Positions 28,400-41,212 are shown, counted from the stretch's first letter. The stretch is 64,000 nucleotides of DNA from an uncultured Candidatus Binatia bacterium (GCA_965242525.1 OZ251459.1:2528001-2592000); one strand, 5' to 3'. The notes: generated by a model not told the origin, from the letters alone. Translations and numbers: made by a program.

Positions 28400-28882
28400 A
28401 TGAGGTTCCGGCCCACGGACATCTTCACCCTCTTCATCGGGCTGGCCATCCTGGCGGCCATGATCGCCGCCTGGGACTGGCCCTTGCGGGCGTCCATCAT
28501 CGTGCTGGTGCTGGGCAGCGCCGGGCTGGTGATGGTGGCGGCGCAGTTGATCCTGGACCTGGGCCGGAACCGCCGCAAGCCGGCCCCGGAGCCCAGGCTG
28601 GCTTTCGAGATCCCCTCGTTCGAAGAGGGCGGTCCCGAAGCCTTTCCCCGCGGCGCGCTGGAGGTCTGGTGCTGGTTGATCGGCCTGCTGCTGGCCGTAT
28701 TCGTGGTGGGCCTGCCCGCGGCCCTGGTGCTGTTCGTCTTCCTCTACATGAAATGCTACGGAGCGGGCTGGCTCCTGTCCCTGGGCATGGCCGCGGCCAT
28801 CACCGGGTTCGAGTACGGCGTGTACGACCGGATCATGCACGTGTACTGGCCGGAAGCGCTCATCTGGCGCCTGTTCGAGTAA
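28400..28882 (+). CDS. tctB: TctB-like small membrane protein
   Basis: MRFRPTDIF... with 4-5 TM segments, directly after tctA. Confidence 0.75.
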   Translation: MRFRPTDIFTLFIGLAILAAMIAAWDWPLRASIIVLVLGSAGLVMVAAQLILDLGRNRRKPAPEPRLAFEIPSFEEGGPEAFPRGALEVWCWLIGLLLAVFVVGLPAALVLFVFLYMKCYGAGWLLSLGMAAAITGFEYGVYDRIMHVYWPEALIWRLFE

Positions 28883-28883
28883 A

Positions 28884-29051
28884 GGAACCCCTGGACCATC
28901 GAGACATCCCGGACGGCTTCCCTCACCCCGACCATCCCGTTCCCGTTCGTCCTGAGCGTAGCGAAGCGGAGTCCCCCCATTCATCCTGAGCGTAGCGAAG
29001 CGGAGTCGAAGGACGCTCTCATGCTCTCTGTCCCGATTGTTCAGAGGTTCC
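28884..29051. mobile_element. MITE-A copy with both terminal repeats
   Basis: ggaacccctggaccatcgagaca ... tgtcccgattgttcagaggttcc; colinear with the reverse complement of 3434-3726 but with a single 17-bp unit. Confidence 0.75.
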
Positions 29052-29089
29052 CTTAGTTGCGTGTGGGAGTTTTCCTGCCCGCGGGGCGC

Positions 29090-32000
29090 CTACCAGCGCC
29101 AGCGGGTGTAGAGCGTGAGGCTGTTGGTCCTGCCGCCGCCGGCCCGTGTCTCGTGTTGGCCTTCCAGGTCCATGGCCATGGCCTTCCCCAACTTCATCCG
29201 GCTGCCCAGACGGTAGCCTCGGCGCCCCGGTCCGCTGATGGACACGCCGCCGTAGGGGGTCAGCAGGCCCGCGCCTTGGTGGGTCACCACTCCATAGCCC
29301 ACGTCCAGGTCCAGGCGTTGCGCCGATAGCCCCCGCGCCGCGTCCTCGGGGTCCACGCCGGCCCGCAACCCCGACGCGCCGCGCCACATCTCCTCCAGTC
29401 GGCTCCCCTGCGCGCCCCACACCGGCGCCATGGTGAACCACAGCCCTCCGCCGAACTCTCCCGGGTCCAGCCGCAGGGTCACGCTCGCGCCCCATTCGTC
29501 GAAGGACGACTCCTCGTGGAGCAGCAGGTACCGGCCCCGGGCCTCGACACTCAAGCCCAACTCCGTGTCCGCGAACTCCAGGCCGCCACCCAACTCCGCG
29601 CCCAGGCCCGTCTCCGCATCGCCGCGGTCCCACCGCCCACCGATCTCCAGGAACGGCGTCACCTGCGAGACCTCCGAGACCGGCCACTCGGTCCGTCCTT
29701 CCAGCATCAGCCGCATCCGTTGGGCATCGCCCGAGGCCTTCGGCAGCCCCTGTGCGGCGCCGACCTCCAGTCCGGTCAGGAAGGCGTCGGCCTTCATCGC
29801 CAGGTCGATCTTCCGCCAGGTGAACAACTCCTGCCGGGCGCCCACCGAGGCCAACAGCATCTCCAGGTCGGAATCCGCCTTCCCGGCCTCGTCCTCCAGG
29901 TCGGTATCGCCCCAGCCCGCGCCCAGCAGACCCCACACGCCCAAGCCGGAACGCGGGGTCCAGTGCACGTAGGGCAGCACGCTGGTCAGGCCCACGTCCA
30001 CCTTGCCCCTGGTCACTCCGGTGGTCTCGTAGTCCACGTCGCCCCAGCTTTGGGCCAGCGCCATGCCCAGCAACACGTCCCGGCGCATGCGGTAGTCGAG
30101 GCCCACGTAGCCGGTGAACACGTCGCCGTCCATGGTGAAGCCGTCCACCGGCCGACCGCCGAACCCGTTGGCCGTGCCCCGGCCCCACAACGTCCAGCCC
30201 GTGGTCCGGCCGCCCCGGGACTCCCGGTCGCTCAACGGCAGCTCGAACCGGCTCCCGGCCAGTATCCCCGCCGCGGACACCTGCCGCCGGCGCCACGTCC
30301 GTCCGTCCGTCCCGGCCCACGGGCCGGCCGCGGCATCGAAGTCGCGCCAGACCGCGGAAACTCGCATGGCCGCAGGGTCGTCCCACGCGCCGTTGCCTGC
30401 CGCGGACGAGTGGACCTCCACGCCCAGGACCCGCGCCATGCCGAAGACCATGTCCGCGGCGCCGTCGCGCCCCCCGGGGTCCAGCCGCAGCCGCTGCCCG
30501 CCCACGACCGCCTGCGCTTCCGAAGGCGCACCCGTGAACCGCCCGCCGATGACGTCCACCGCGTCCGTCGCCAGCGTGCGGCCCACTCCCGCCAGCACCA
30601 TGTGCAGCGCCCGATGGCGCGCGCCCTCCGTGTCGTCGTCCGTGATCGTCACCGTTCCCGAAGCCGCCTGCGGGTCCGGCTCGGCGTTGGTGGCCTCCGT
30701 CAGCCGCACCCGGAACGTCTCCGGGGGCTCCACCCGCAGGTCGTCCAGGGTCTCCACCCGCAACGTCTTCTCCCGGTCGCCCGGCCGGAACGTCAGGCGC
30801 CCGTCCGCAGCGCGGTAGTCCTCCCCCGCCTCGGCCGTACCGTCCTCCGTGGCCCACCTCACCGTCACCAGGACTTCGGAGGGCTCGTCCAGCACCACCC
30901 GCAGCTCCGCAACTTCGCCTTCCACCGCGGTAGCGGCCCCTGCGGCCCCTATGGTCGAGGCCCTCGTGACCGACGCGATGGCCTTGCGGTAGGGCGTGCC
31001 GGTAACCTCGGCGTATTCGTCGCCGTGGCCGTTGGCGAACATGGGGGTGACGCGCACGGTGTACATGACGCCGGGGTCGAGGTCCTCGATGGTGTAGGTG
31101 ACCCGGTTGGCGTCGGCGTAGGGGGTAGCCCGGACCGAGGAGATGGAACGCAGGGCGCTGGCGCGGTCGTCTTCGACGGAGATGCAGGTCCGCCCTTCGG
31201 GGACGCATCTGTCTTCCCGGTTCGGGTCGCCGCCGTACTCCTGTGCGTCGGACCTCCACTCTACGCGGTAACCGGTCGCGTCGGGGACCCTCAGCCACGA
31301 TACGTCCAGGCTCCCCGCTCCCGGCGTCACGGACGCGGTGATCTGGTCCAGCGGCGCGCCGGTGGCCTCGGCAGAGGGGGCGCCTTCGTAGAAGATCCCG
31401 AAGTCCGGCTTGACCCGCACGGTGTACGCGACGCCGGGGGTGAGGCCGGGGATCGTGTAGCTCCTCGTGTTCACGCCGCTCACCACGCGGTGCCGGTCCA
31501 TGCCGGGGACATCGGAGTAGTCCGACGCAGCCCTGTAGGTCACGGTGTCGCTCCAGTGTTGCGCGCCGGACCTCCACTGCACCTTGTAGCCCTGGGGTTT
31601 GGTGCGCGTCTTCGGGTTCTCGGCGTCCGGCAGGGGGTCCCAGGCGACCGTCAGTTGTCCCGGCCCGGGCGTTACCCTCACGTTCTGCACCTGCCATTGC
31701 CGCGCCTGCTCCACGTCTCCTCCCCACACCGTGACGCCCCTTCCTCGAAGGGTCGCGATATGGCCGGCGGCGTCGGCGTTCAGGGCCGTAAGGTCGTCCA
31801 GCGAGACGTAGTCCCCGGAACCCAATCCCGAGTTGAGGACCAGCGGCGAGATGTCTTCGACGCCGGTCGCGTCGAGATCGAAATAGTAGATGCTGGTCAG
31901 GCCGCTCAACGGCGAGATGTCGCGGAGTCCATGGTTTTCCTGGAGTGTCAGGCGGGTCAGGGACGTCATCCCCCGGAGCGGCTCGATGTTCGTGATCCGG

Positions 32001-32774
32001 TTGACGTCGAGGGTTAGCCGATCCAGGCCGGTGAGGCCGGCGAGGGGGGTAAGGTCCGAGATCCGGTTGTCGTTGAGGTACAGCCGGGTCAGGCCGGTGA
32101 GGCCGGCAAGGGGGCTGAGGTCCGAGATCCGGTTCACGGTGAGGCGCAGCAGCCTCAGGCTGGTGAGACCGGCGAGGGGGGTGAGGTCCGAGATCCGATA
32201 GCTCGCGTGGAGCGCCAGGGTTTGCAGGTTGGTGAGACCGGCGATCGGCGCGAGGTTCTGGATGTCGCCATTTTCGATGGTCAGACTCCTCAGGCCTGTG
32301 AGGCCGGCGAGGGGGGTGAGGTCCGAGATGGGGTGAAACTGGATTATCACGCGGGTCAGCCCGGTGGCGTGCTCCAGTCCCGTCAGATCGTGGATGTGGC
32401 CGGCCACGTTGAACCGGTCCGAGAAGGGGCGCTCGAGATACAGGCAGCTAGTGGGGTTCGCAAAGGTGCAGGTCCTCAGCCCCGCCATGTCCGCATGGGT
32501 GATGGTCGCTCCGCTGGCCTTGTTCAGCGCCGCCTCCACCTTCGCCCGCAAGTTGGCGTCGGGGATGTGCACCGGGTCGGTGGGCTGGGCCCCCGCGCCG
32601 GTATGCGCCGCGGCCTCATGCGCGGGCGCCGCGAACGAGACCGCGGCCGCAACGGCCCACAGCGCGAGCAGGACGCGAAGGGAGCACCCTGAGTTTCGAC
32701 CCGCGGCGGCGCAACCCCTTATCGGGGGGGGGGGGGGGGGCAGTGCATTCGGAAATCCCTTGCATGGTCGTCAT
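29090..32774 (-). CDS. Internalin-like LRR + FN3 + Calx-beta autotransporter-type surface protein, frameshifted at a C17 tract
   Basis: IPDANLR cap, 22-aa LRRs (ISDLTPLAGLTGL), FN3 (GYKVQW...YTIPGLTPGVAYTVRV), Calx-beta (TEDGTAEAGEDY...TITDDD), beta-domain ending in W. ATG 32774 with RBS is out of frame by 1 nt with the signal peptide and main ORF (29090..32572). Confidence 0.85.
31890..32400 (-). repeat. 66-bp coding repeats (LRR units)
   Basis: Recurrent gaggccggcgagggggg...gtccgagat at ~66-bp periodicity. Confidence 0.8.
32724..32740. repeat. G17/C17 homopolymer in the 5' coding region of the autotransporter
   Basis: Counted directly. Confidence 0.9.
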
Positions 32775-32887
32775 GGCGTCCTCGGCTTGCCGGAGGTTGG
32801 TATCCATCGGGTTTGCCCCTCTCCGGTCCGCCTTGGCCTTCGTCCACCCCGGAACCGGCCGCGAGTCGATGACGGAAAGGGAGACGG

Positions 32888-32916
32888 AACATAAGGACAA
32901 CCGTTCACCTTGTCAA
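32888..32916 (-). promoter_or_regulatory. Sigma70 promoter (TTGACA-N17-TATGTT) for the autotransporter
   Basis: Near-consensus hexamers with a 17-bp spacer. Confidence 0.6.
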
Positions 32917-32951
32917 GGCCGAAACGCCGCCGCGCCGCCCGGACCCTATAG

Positions 32952-33290
32952 TGGCTCTTCGGGCTTTCGTGTGGGTAAGGCAGGAGGGAAAGGGAAGCGA
33001 CAGGGACCACGCCGTCACTGCTCCGCAGCCACCTGCCCCGTCATTCCCGCAGCCGCCCACTCACGTCATTCCCGCGAAAGCGGGAATCCATCCGGTTTCC
33101 TCGCTCTCGTTGCACAAACCGCTCATACATGGCGCCCACGGGGTTTGCCCGCAGGATCTGGATTCCCGCCCCCGCTTCCGCGAGGACATGCTTTCGGAAA
33201 CTCTGCACAATTCCGGTTTGAACCCTCTCTCCTGTGGGAAAACGCGTCCTGAGCGTAGCGAAGCGGAGTCGAAGGACGCGCTCATGCTCC
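32952..33290. repeat. MITE-B copy (32952-33195) truncated by an abutting MITE-A copy (33196-33290)
   Basis: Family B left end and palindromes, then ggaaactctgcacaat...cgtcctgagcgtagcgaagcggagtcgaaggacgcgctcatg. Confidence 0.7.
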
Positions 33291-34223
33291 CCCGGAAGAT
33301 CCCCACAGCTCGTCGATGTAGCCGCTGTCGTCGATCTCTCGCAGGTGGTGCAGGTCCCACATGGCCAGGGGATTGAAGCCGGCCACCTGCGGGTGGCGCT
33401 TGACCGCCAGGGCGAAGACGTTCCGTATGGCGTCGAGGGTGGGGTAGGGCCGGGGCTCCAGGGAAGCGGCCTGGTCTTCGTAGAAGGCGGCAAGCTCTTC
33501 GTCCGACTCGTACTTGTCCCCGCAGTGGGTCCTTATGATGTCCAGGGTCTCGTCCCGGCGGGTCTTGAAGAAGTGGACGCCGTCGATGAGCGCGCGGATC
33601 AGGGAGCGGACCTCCTCGGGGTGGCCGCGGACGTAGGTGGTGGTGGTGGTGAGGGTCACGCCCTCGATCATGTCCATGGTCGGGAGATCCAGGAGCCTTG
33701 CGTCCATGGCCCGTGCCCGCAGCCGGTCCACCGCGCGCACGAACGTGGCGTCGTATCGTCCCGACAGGACGCCGCGCACCCGCTCCACCGCGTTCTTGGG
33801 GCCGGTCACCAACTCCACGTCCCGCCCTTCCTCGATCCCGTGGAGCCTCAGGAACAGCCACACGTTGAGTCCGGTGTGGCCGTCGAAGTCGTCCATGGCC
33901 ACCCGCTTGCCCTTGAGGTCCTGGAGGCCGTGGATGCCGTCTCCGGCCACCAGGCAGTTCTCGCGCCACCGGTTGTTGGACTGGGCCACGTGGACGAAGG
34001 GCTCCCCGTGCAGGGCCCGGCGCACGTAGAGGTTGTGGTGGTTCCCGGAGACGACGTCGATGTCGCCGGCCCGCAGCCCCTGCATGGCTTTCCCGCGCAT
34101 GCCCTCCATGGAACCGAAGTCCATGCGGATCCCGTGCCGCTCCAGGAACCCTCCCTGCTCCATGACCTTCCACAGGGGCACGTGGCTCGACGCCCGGTAG
34201 TAGATGCGCATCCTGCTTGCCAT
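33282..34223 (-). CDS. ABC transporter substrate-binding protein (NMT1/SsuA-like)
   Basis: GFLERHGI, LRAGDID, LQDLKGKRVA, GRYDA, HPEEVRSLIRAL. Confidence 0.8.
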   Translation of the reverse strand: MASRMRIYYRASSHVPLWKVMEQGGFLERHGIRMDFGSMEGMRGKAMQGLRAGDIDVVSGNHHNLYVRRALHGEPFVHVAQSNNRWRENCLVAGDGIHGLQDLKGKRVAMDDFDGHTGLNVWLFLRLHGIEEGRDVELVTGPKNAVERVRGVLSGRYDATFVRAVDRLRARAMDARLLDLPTMDMIEGVTLTTTTTYVRGHPEEVRSLIRALIDGVHFFKTRRDETLDIIRTHCGDKYESDEELAAFYEDQAASLEPRPYPTLDAIRNVFALAVKRHPQVAGFNPLAMWDLHHLREIDDSGYIDELWGSSGGA

Positions 34224-34247
34224 GACGTGGCCTTTCGCCGGCTCCGG

Positions 34248-35321
34248 TCAGCCCGTGACCGCGGCCATCCTGGACTGCAACCCTTCACGGGCGAGCTCCC
34301 GCTCGAAGATCTCGCGGATCCTGGGGTCCTCGTCCTCGTACTCGATCTGGTCGCCGCCGTCCTTCACGCTCTTGTCCGTGCCGAAGCCCTTCTCCCTCAT
34401 GGGGAACTTGCGGCTGTTCCAGCGCAGCGCCAGGTACCGGGCGGGGACGGCGCCCGAGTTGAAGTGCTGGTGGAACCACATCTCCGGCGGCACGATCACG
34501 CTTCGCTCGCCCCAGTCGAACTTCCGGATGTCCGACCCGCTTGGCCACATCAGGGAGAACCCCTTGCCGCCGAGGATCACCACGTGGGCCCCGGGCCCGT
34601 GGCGGTGCGCCTTCTTGTAGGTGCCCACCGGGAACTCGGCGATGTGCGCGGTCATGGAGTTCTCGGACAGCTCGACGCCCAGGAACCGGCCGCCCGCGCC
34701 CCGGTTCTCGCGCACGTGGAGGTCGATGGACCTTGCGTCCGCGATGAAGTTCGTATCCCACACCTTGATGGCGCGGAAGTCGTACTGCTCGCCCTTGCCG
34801 GAGAAATAGTCCTCGGGGCCGTGGAACCGGTCGTGGAAGGCGAAGGGGTTGTCGAAGACGAAGTCCGCGTTGTGGAACAGGTTGACGACCAGCGGCGCGG
34901 AGGTCACGGCGAAGAAACGCGCGGGCTCCGAGCCGCTGCCGTTGAAGTGCTGGCGCCAGGTGTTGAGGGGAGGGGAGAACACGCTTCCGGCGCCCCACTC
35001 GAAAGTGCTCTTGCGGCCTTCGTCGTTCCACACGGAGGTGGCCCCGCGTCCGCTCACCACGTAGATCATCTCCTCGAACAGGTAGCGCTGCGCATGGAGG
35101 CTCTTGCCCGGAGGGATCTCGCAGACGTAGGAGTCGTTGCTCTCCCCCGTGCCGATGAGGTTGAGGTACGCCCCCAGCCCGCCCTTCCACTCCCACGGCG
35201 CCAGCTCCACCGCGCCGAGGTCCTCCACGTAGAACTCCCTGAGGACCGGTATGCCCTGGGACGCGACCCACTTCTGGTACGGGGTGCGGCCGCCCAGCTC
35301 CGCTCTCTGGCCCTTCAGCAC
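34248..35321 (-). CDS. Bicupin protein (gentisate dioxygenase-like fold)
   Basis: EEMIYVVSGRG...PPLNTWRQHFN and HRHGPGAHVVILGGKG...WFHQHFN. Confidence 0.85.
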   Translation of the reverse strand: MLKGQRAELGGRTPYQKWVASQGIPVLREFYVEDLGAVELAPWEWKGGLGAYLNLIGTGESNDSYVCEIPPGKSLHAQRYLFEEMIYVVSGRGATSVWNDEGRKSTFEWGAGSVFSPPLNTWRQHFNGSGSEPARFFAVTSAPLVVNLFHNADFVFDNPFAFHDRFHGPEDYFSGKGEQYDFRAIKVWDTNFIADARSIDLHVRENRGAGGRFLGVELSENSMTAHIAEFPVGTYKKAHRHGPGAHVVILGGKGFSLMWPSGSDIRKFDWGERSVIVPPEMWFHQHFNSGAVPARYLALRWNSRKFPMREKGFGTDKSVKDGGDQIEYEDEDPRIREIFERELAREGLQSRMAAVTG

Positions 35322-35512
35322 GTGGCGCTCCTTTCCGTCCCGGCAGCACGGCCCATCAGGCCACGGGAACGTCTTGACAACCCCCTATACCTTTGCGGAG
35401 TCCAATAAGCAACGCGGGCCGCTTGACTCTGCGTGCGGGTCTCAATAAGTCAATAAGAGGACAGGCTGGAGAGCGTCCCTCATCGCTCCATGACCCGACG
35501 GAGGTTACCCAC

Positions 35513-35926
35513 ATGGCTGACTTGCCCCACAAGGCGATACACGAATCCGTTGCGGAACTGCTCGACGAGCTGGCCAACGAGACCGGGCGGCCGGTGTCCT
35601 TCGCGGTCCTCGACGCGCACCGGGAACTGCTGCACTACACCCGCATGGACGGCGCGCCCTACCGGTCGAGCATACTCTCCCACAACAAGGGCTATTCCGC
35701 GCTGTGGTTCGGACGGGACTCGGTGGAGATCGAGAAGATGGTGGGTGACCGCGGCATCGCCGCCTACGGCGACGCCAACCTCACGTCCATCGGCGGCGGA
35801 GTCCTCATCCGGGACCGGGACGGGGCGGTGGCGGGCGCGGTGGGCGTGAGCGGCCGCACCATGCAGGAGGACATCGACGTGGCCGTCCGGCTGGTGGACA
35901 AGATCAAGGCCAGGGCCGGCCTCTGA
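35513..35926 (+). CDS. GlcG/HbpS-family heme-binding protein
   Basis: AVLD, RMDGA, NKGYSA, GGGVLI, GAVGVSG...QEDIDVA; RBS GGAGG. Confidence 0.85.
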   Translation: MADLPHKAIHESVAELLDELANETGRPVSFAVLDAHRELLHYTRMDGAPYRSSILSHNKGYSALWFGRDSVEIEKMVGDRGIAAYGDANLTSIGGGVLIRDRDGAVAGAVGVSGRTMQEDIDVAVRLVDKIKARAGL

Positions 35927-36022
35927 TGGCGCGGTTCCGTTTTCGGCGGGTGCGGCGGCCACCGGAGCGGGAACGGGACTCTGACGTTGTGATTCCAGCC
36001 GAGGGAGGAGGGAAAAGGCGCT

Positions 36023-36505
36023 ATGACGGAATTCGAACTGGCCACCATCAGTTACCAGAACGAGATGCTGGGGCTTCGCTATCTGGGAAACTGGATTGCT
36101 GCAGCGGTCGGGTTCGGGCAGATCGTCTCGATCTGGATCGGGTTCTGGCTCATGTGGCGGACCACCGACCAGCGCCGAGCCGCAGACGGTCAACGCCACG
36201 CCGAAGCGATGGATCTCGCCGGTCAACGCCACGCCGAAGTGATGGATCTCGCCGATAAGCGCCACGCGGAAGCAATGGAAGTCGCGGGCAAGCGCCATGA
36301 TGAAGCCATGGAAATCGCCGACAAGCGCCATGATGAAGCGATGGAAGTCGCGGGCAAGCGCCACGAGGAGGCGATGGCCAGCGCCGACCAGCGTCACGCG
36401 GAATCCATGGCCGCTATCCGTGAGCAGGGCGAGGCGCTGCGGACCTTGATCCGGGGCATGGAGGCCGTCCTCGAACGCACTGCGCCAAGGGGGGACAGCC
36501 GATGA
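36023..36505 (+). CDS. Hypothetical single-TM protein with seven 11-aa repeats (RHxEAM...)
   Basis: Strong RBS; hydrophobic segment; 33-bp repeats at 36194-36424. Confidence 0.75.
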   Translation: MTEFELATISYQNEMLGLRYLGNWIAAAVGFGQIVSIWIGFWLMWRTTDQRRAADGQRHAEAMDLAGQRHAEVMDLADKRHAEAMEVAGKRHDEAMEIADKRHDEAMEVAGKRHEEAMASADQRHAESMAAIREQGEALRTLIRGMEAVLERTAPRGDSR

Positions 36506-36680
36506 AGACCCTGTGCTCCACCCTCGTCGATGCGGCCCCTCCCGAAATCCTCGCCGAGTACGGGAAGGCGGTGACGGCGCAGTGGCCTCCCTCCGCGGGG
36601 CGGAGGGGGATGGGACCGGATGAGCCGGGGAGACCTTGGCCAATCCCGGACGCGCCGAAGCGGCGTTGGAAGCCGGCGGG

Positions 36681-37721
36681 CTACCGCCCGGCCAGACCGC
36701 GCTCCATGATGTAGGCCGCGGCGGCGCAGAGGCTCTCCCTGGCCGGAACGAAGTCCATGTCCAGCAGGCTCCGGGCCCGGGCGCTGTCCATTTCGTAGCG
36801 CCGTCCGAGAAGGGGCGTGAAGGACCGGGCCTGCCGGTTGAAGATCCCCCCCAGGCGGACCACGAAGTCGGGCGCGACCCTCACGGGGATCCTGCGTTGG
36901 GGGTAGGCAGCCTTCAGGGTCTCGGCCATTTCCGCGATCCACAGGAACTCGGCCGCGGCGATGATGCGCTTGCCCGCGGCGCCCGGCGTCACAATGGCGC
37001 GGACGTGCATGCGGGCCACGTCCGTCACGTCCACCAGGGATATGCCCAGGTTGGGCACCATGGGGTCCCGGCCCCGGAGCAGCCGTTCCACCAGGCGCAG
37101 CGAGGCGCCGTAGAGGTCGTCGAGCGGACGGCCGAGGACGAGGCAGGGGTTGATGGCGGTGAGCTCCATCTCCGGCGCCGTGTTCTCCACGAAGTCCCAC
37201 GCCGCCCGTTCCGCCAGCGTCTTGGATTTGGCGTAGGGCCTGATCCTGGGCCACGAGGGGTCGCTCCAGTCCGTCTCGTCGAACCGGCTCGTCCCCGGGC
37301 CCCGGGGCGAGTCGGTGACCGCGGAGGAGGATGAGGTCAACACCACGCGGCGGATGCCGGCGGCATGGGCGGCGCCCAGCGCCCGCAGCGTTCCTCCCAC
37401 CGCGGGGCGGATGAGTTCGTCCTCGTCCCGCGGCTGGGTCACGGGCACGGGCGACGCCGTGTGCACCAGCACGTCCACGCCCGACATGGCGTCGCTCCAA
37501 CCCTCGTCGCGGTTGAGGTCCAGCAGCACGAAGCGCAGACGCCGGTCGAGGTCCTCGTGGGTGGCGAGATGCGGCCGGACCGCGTCCCGGACTTCGTTCC
37601 GGCGCGAGTCCGACCGCACCGATCCCACCACGTCGTAACCCGCGTTCAGCAAATCGAGCACCACGCGCTTGGCGATGAAGCCGCTCGCGCCCGTGACCAG
37701 TACGGTTTTCGGTTCCGTCAT
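36681..37721 (-). CDS. NAD-dependent epimerase/aldehyde reductase (extended SDR)
   Basis: VLVTGASGFIA, HTASP, TSS, YAKSKTLAE. Confidence 0.9.
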   Translation of the reverse strand: MTEPKTVLVTGASGFIAKRVVLDLLNAGYDVVGSVRSDSRRNEVRDAVRPHLATHEDLDRRLRFVLLDLNRDEGWSDAMSGVDVLVHTASPVPVTQPRDEDELIRPAVGGTLRALGAAHAAGIRRVVLTSSSSAVTDSPRGPGTSRFDETDWSDPSWPRIRPYAKSKTLAERAAWDFVENTAPEMELTAINPCLVLGRPLDDLYGASLRLVERLLRGRDPMVPNLGISLVDVTDVARMHVRAIVTPGAAGKRIIAAAEFLWIAEMAETLKAAYPQRRIPVRVAPDFVVRLGGIFNRQARSFTPLLGRRYEMDSARARSLLDMDFVPARESLCAAAAYIMERGLAGR

Positions 37722-37784
37722 TGGGGTTCCCGCGGCAGGGGAGGACGAAGCCCGGACATCGTTTGCGCTTTCCTCCGCTTGCGT

Positions 37785-39884
<2,100 letters not shown>

Positions 39885-39920
39885 TACGACATACCCTCCG
39901 GCGCAAGGGATGGCCGACCG

Positions 39921-41198
39921 CTACTCGGCGTCGTCCCGGGATTCCCGTTCCAGGTCGGCGTTCACCTCATAGGCGTGGTGGAACTCGTCTCCTTCGATCT
40001 CCGGTCGGGAGCCGGGGTAGAACCTGAGCAGGTCCCATTCGTTGATGGAGGCGCGGACCTTGTACCGCATGCGGTTCTGGAACCCGGCGCCTCCCGTATC
40101 CCCTTGCAGCGCCGGCGCGTTCCAGCCGTAGGCGGTGCTGTAGATTTCCCGCAGCTTCTCCACGGTTTCCCGGACGTCGGTCCCGGTGGGCGAAGCCAGC
40201 GGCAGGCATTCGCGTTCCAGCAGGCGCATCCCGGTCTCCGCCCGGGCGGCGATGCCCTTGTACCTGCTGCCCTGCATCTTCGCGCCGACGTAGTCGCGGT
40301 CCCTCTTGGACCCGGACCCGTCGGGGCTGATGACCGCGAGTGCGAAGTCGTCGGTCACGGTTCCGACGGCCACCAGTCCCGGACAGGGTTCGTTGCGGGT
40401 CTTCCCCTGCCAGCGGGCCAACTCCGCATAGGACCTGCCCCGTTGCAGGAGCGTGTAGGAGCCGATCAACTCGATCTCGTCCAGCAGCACCACCCAGCCC
40501 TCGAAGCCGGCGCCCCGGATGAGCTCGTTGGCGAACCGCAGGCGCTGCGGAGGCAGGTCGGCCGCCTTGGGCGCGCGAAACGGGTAGTTCTGCAATTGTC
40601 CGATCTTCCTGAGGCCGTCCTTGACGGTGGATACCCTGATCCGGTCGCCCGCCCAGAACGCTTCGATCTGGCCGTTGCGCTCCGGGTCTCCCGACCTTTC
40701 GTGGACCATCAGGCTCGCCGGAAAGATCGGACTGAGAAGGCCGTCGCGGGCGGCCTTGTCGGCCCACCGGAAGAAAGCGGCGTAGGCCGGGGAGTCCGGC
40801 CGGAGGGCTTGCGCCAGTTCTTCCATCAGCCGCCCGGTGTGCCCCGGCGCGCGCCCGTTCTCCACCGCCGATTGGAACACCTTGCCCAGGTCGTAGAGAG
40901 GCGTCTCCTTGCTGACGGCCACCTTGCTGCAAACGAACCCCTGCGACAGGGCCCGGTGTTCCAGGTGGGTCAGCAGGTGGGACTTGCCCGACCCGAAATC
41001 GCCGGAGACCAGCATTCCCAGGGCGCCGTCGGGGGGTTCGTCCGCATCCGCGGCCCTGGCCAGCAGGGCCGTGAAATCGCCTACCGCCCGGGGCTGGTTG
41101 CAGCCCAGGATCTCCACCGCGTCCCCGTTGGGAACGCCGTTGCGGAGCGCTTCGAGGGCGCGTCTGCAGGACAGGACAGGGTATTGATCCGCAGGCAT
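39921..41198 (-). CDS. DUF2791/BrxD-like P-loop ATPase
   Basis: RRALEALRNGVP N-terminus, Walker A GDFGSGKSH, Walker B VVLLDEIE; start ATG 41198. Confidence 0.85.
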   Translation of the reverse strand: MPADQYPVLSCRRALEALRNGVPNGDAVEILGCNQPRAVGDFTALLARAADADEPPDGALGMLVSGDFGSGKSHLLTHLEHRALSQGFVCSKVAVSKETPLYDLGKVFQSAVENGRAPGHTGRLMEELAQALRPDSPAYAAFFRWADKAARDGLLSPIFPASLMVHERSGDPERNGQIEAFWAGDRIRVSTVKDGLRKIGQLQNYPFRAPKAADLPPQRLRFANELIRGAGFEGWVVLLDEIELIGSYTLLQRGRSYAELARWQGKTRNEPCPGLVAVGTVTDDFALAVISPDGSGSKRDRDYVGAKMQGSRYKGIAARAETGMRLLERECLPLASPTGTDVRETVEKLREIYSTAYGWNAPALQGDTGGAGFQNRMRYKVRASINEWDLLRFYPGSRPEIEGDEFHHAYEVNADLERESRDDAE

Positions 41199-41212
41199 GA
41201 CGAGGGATCCTT

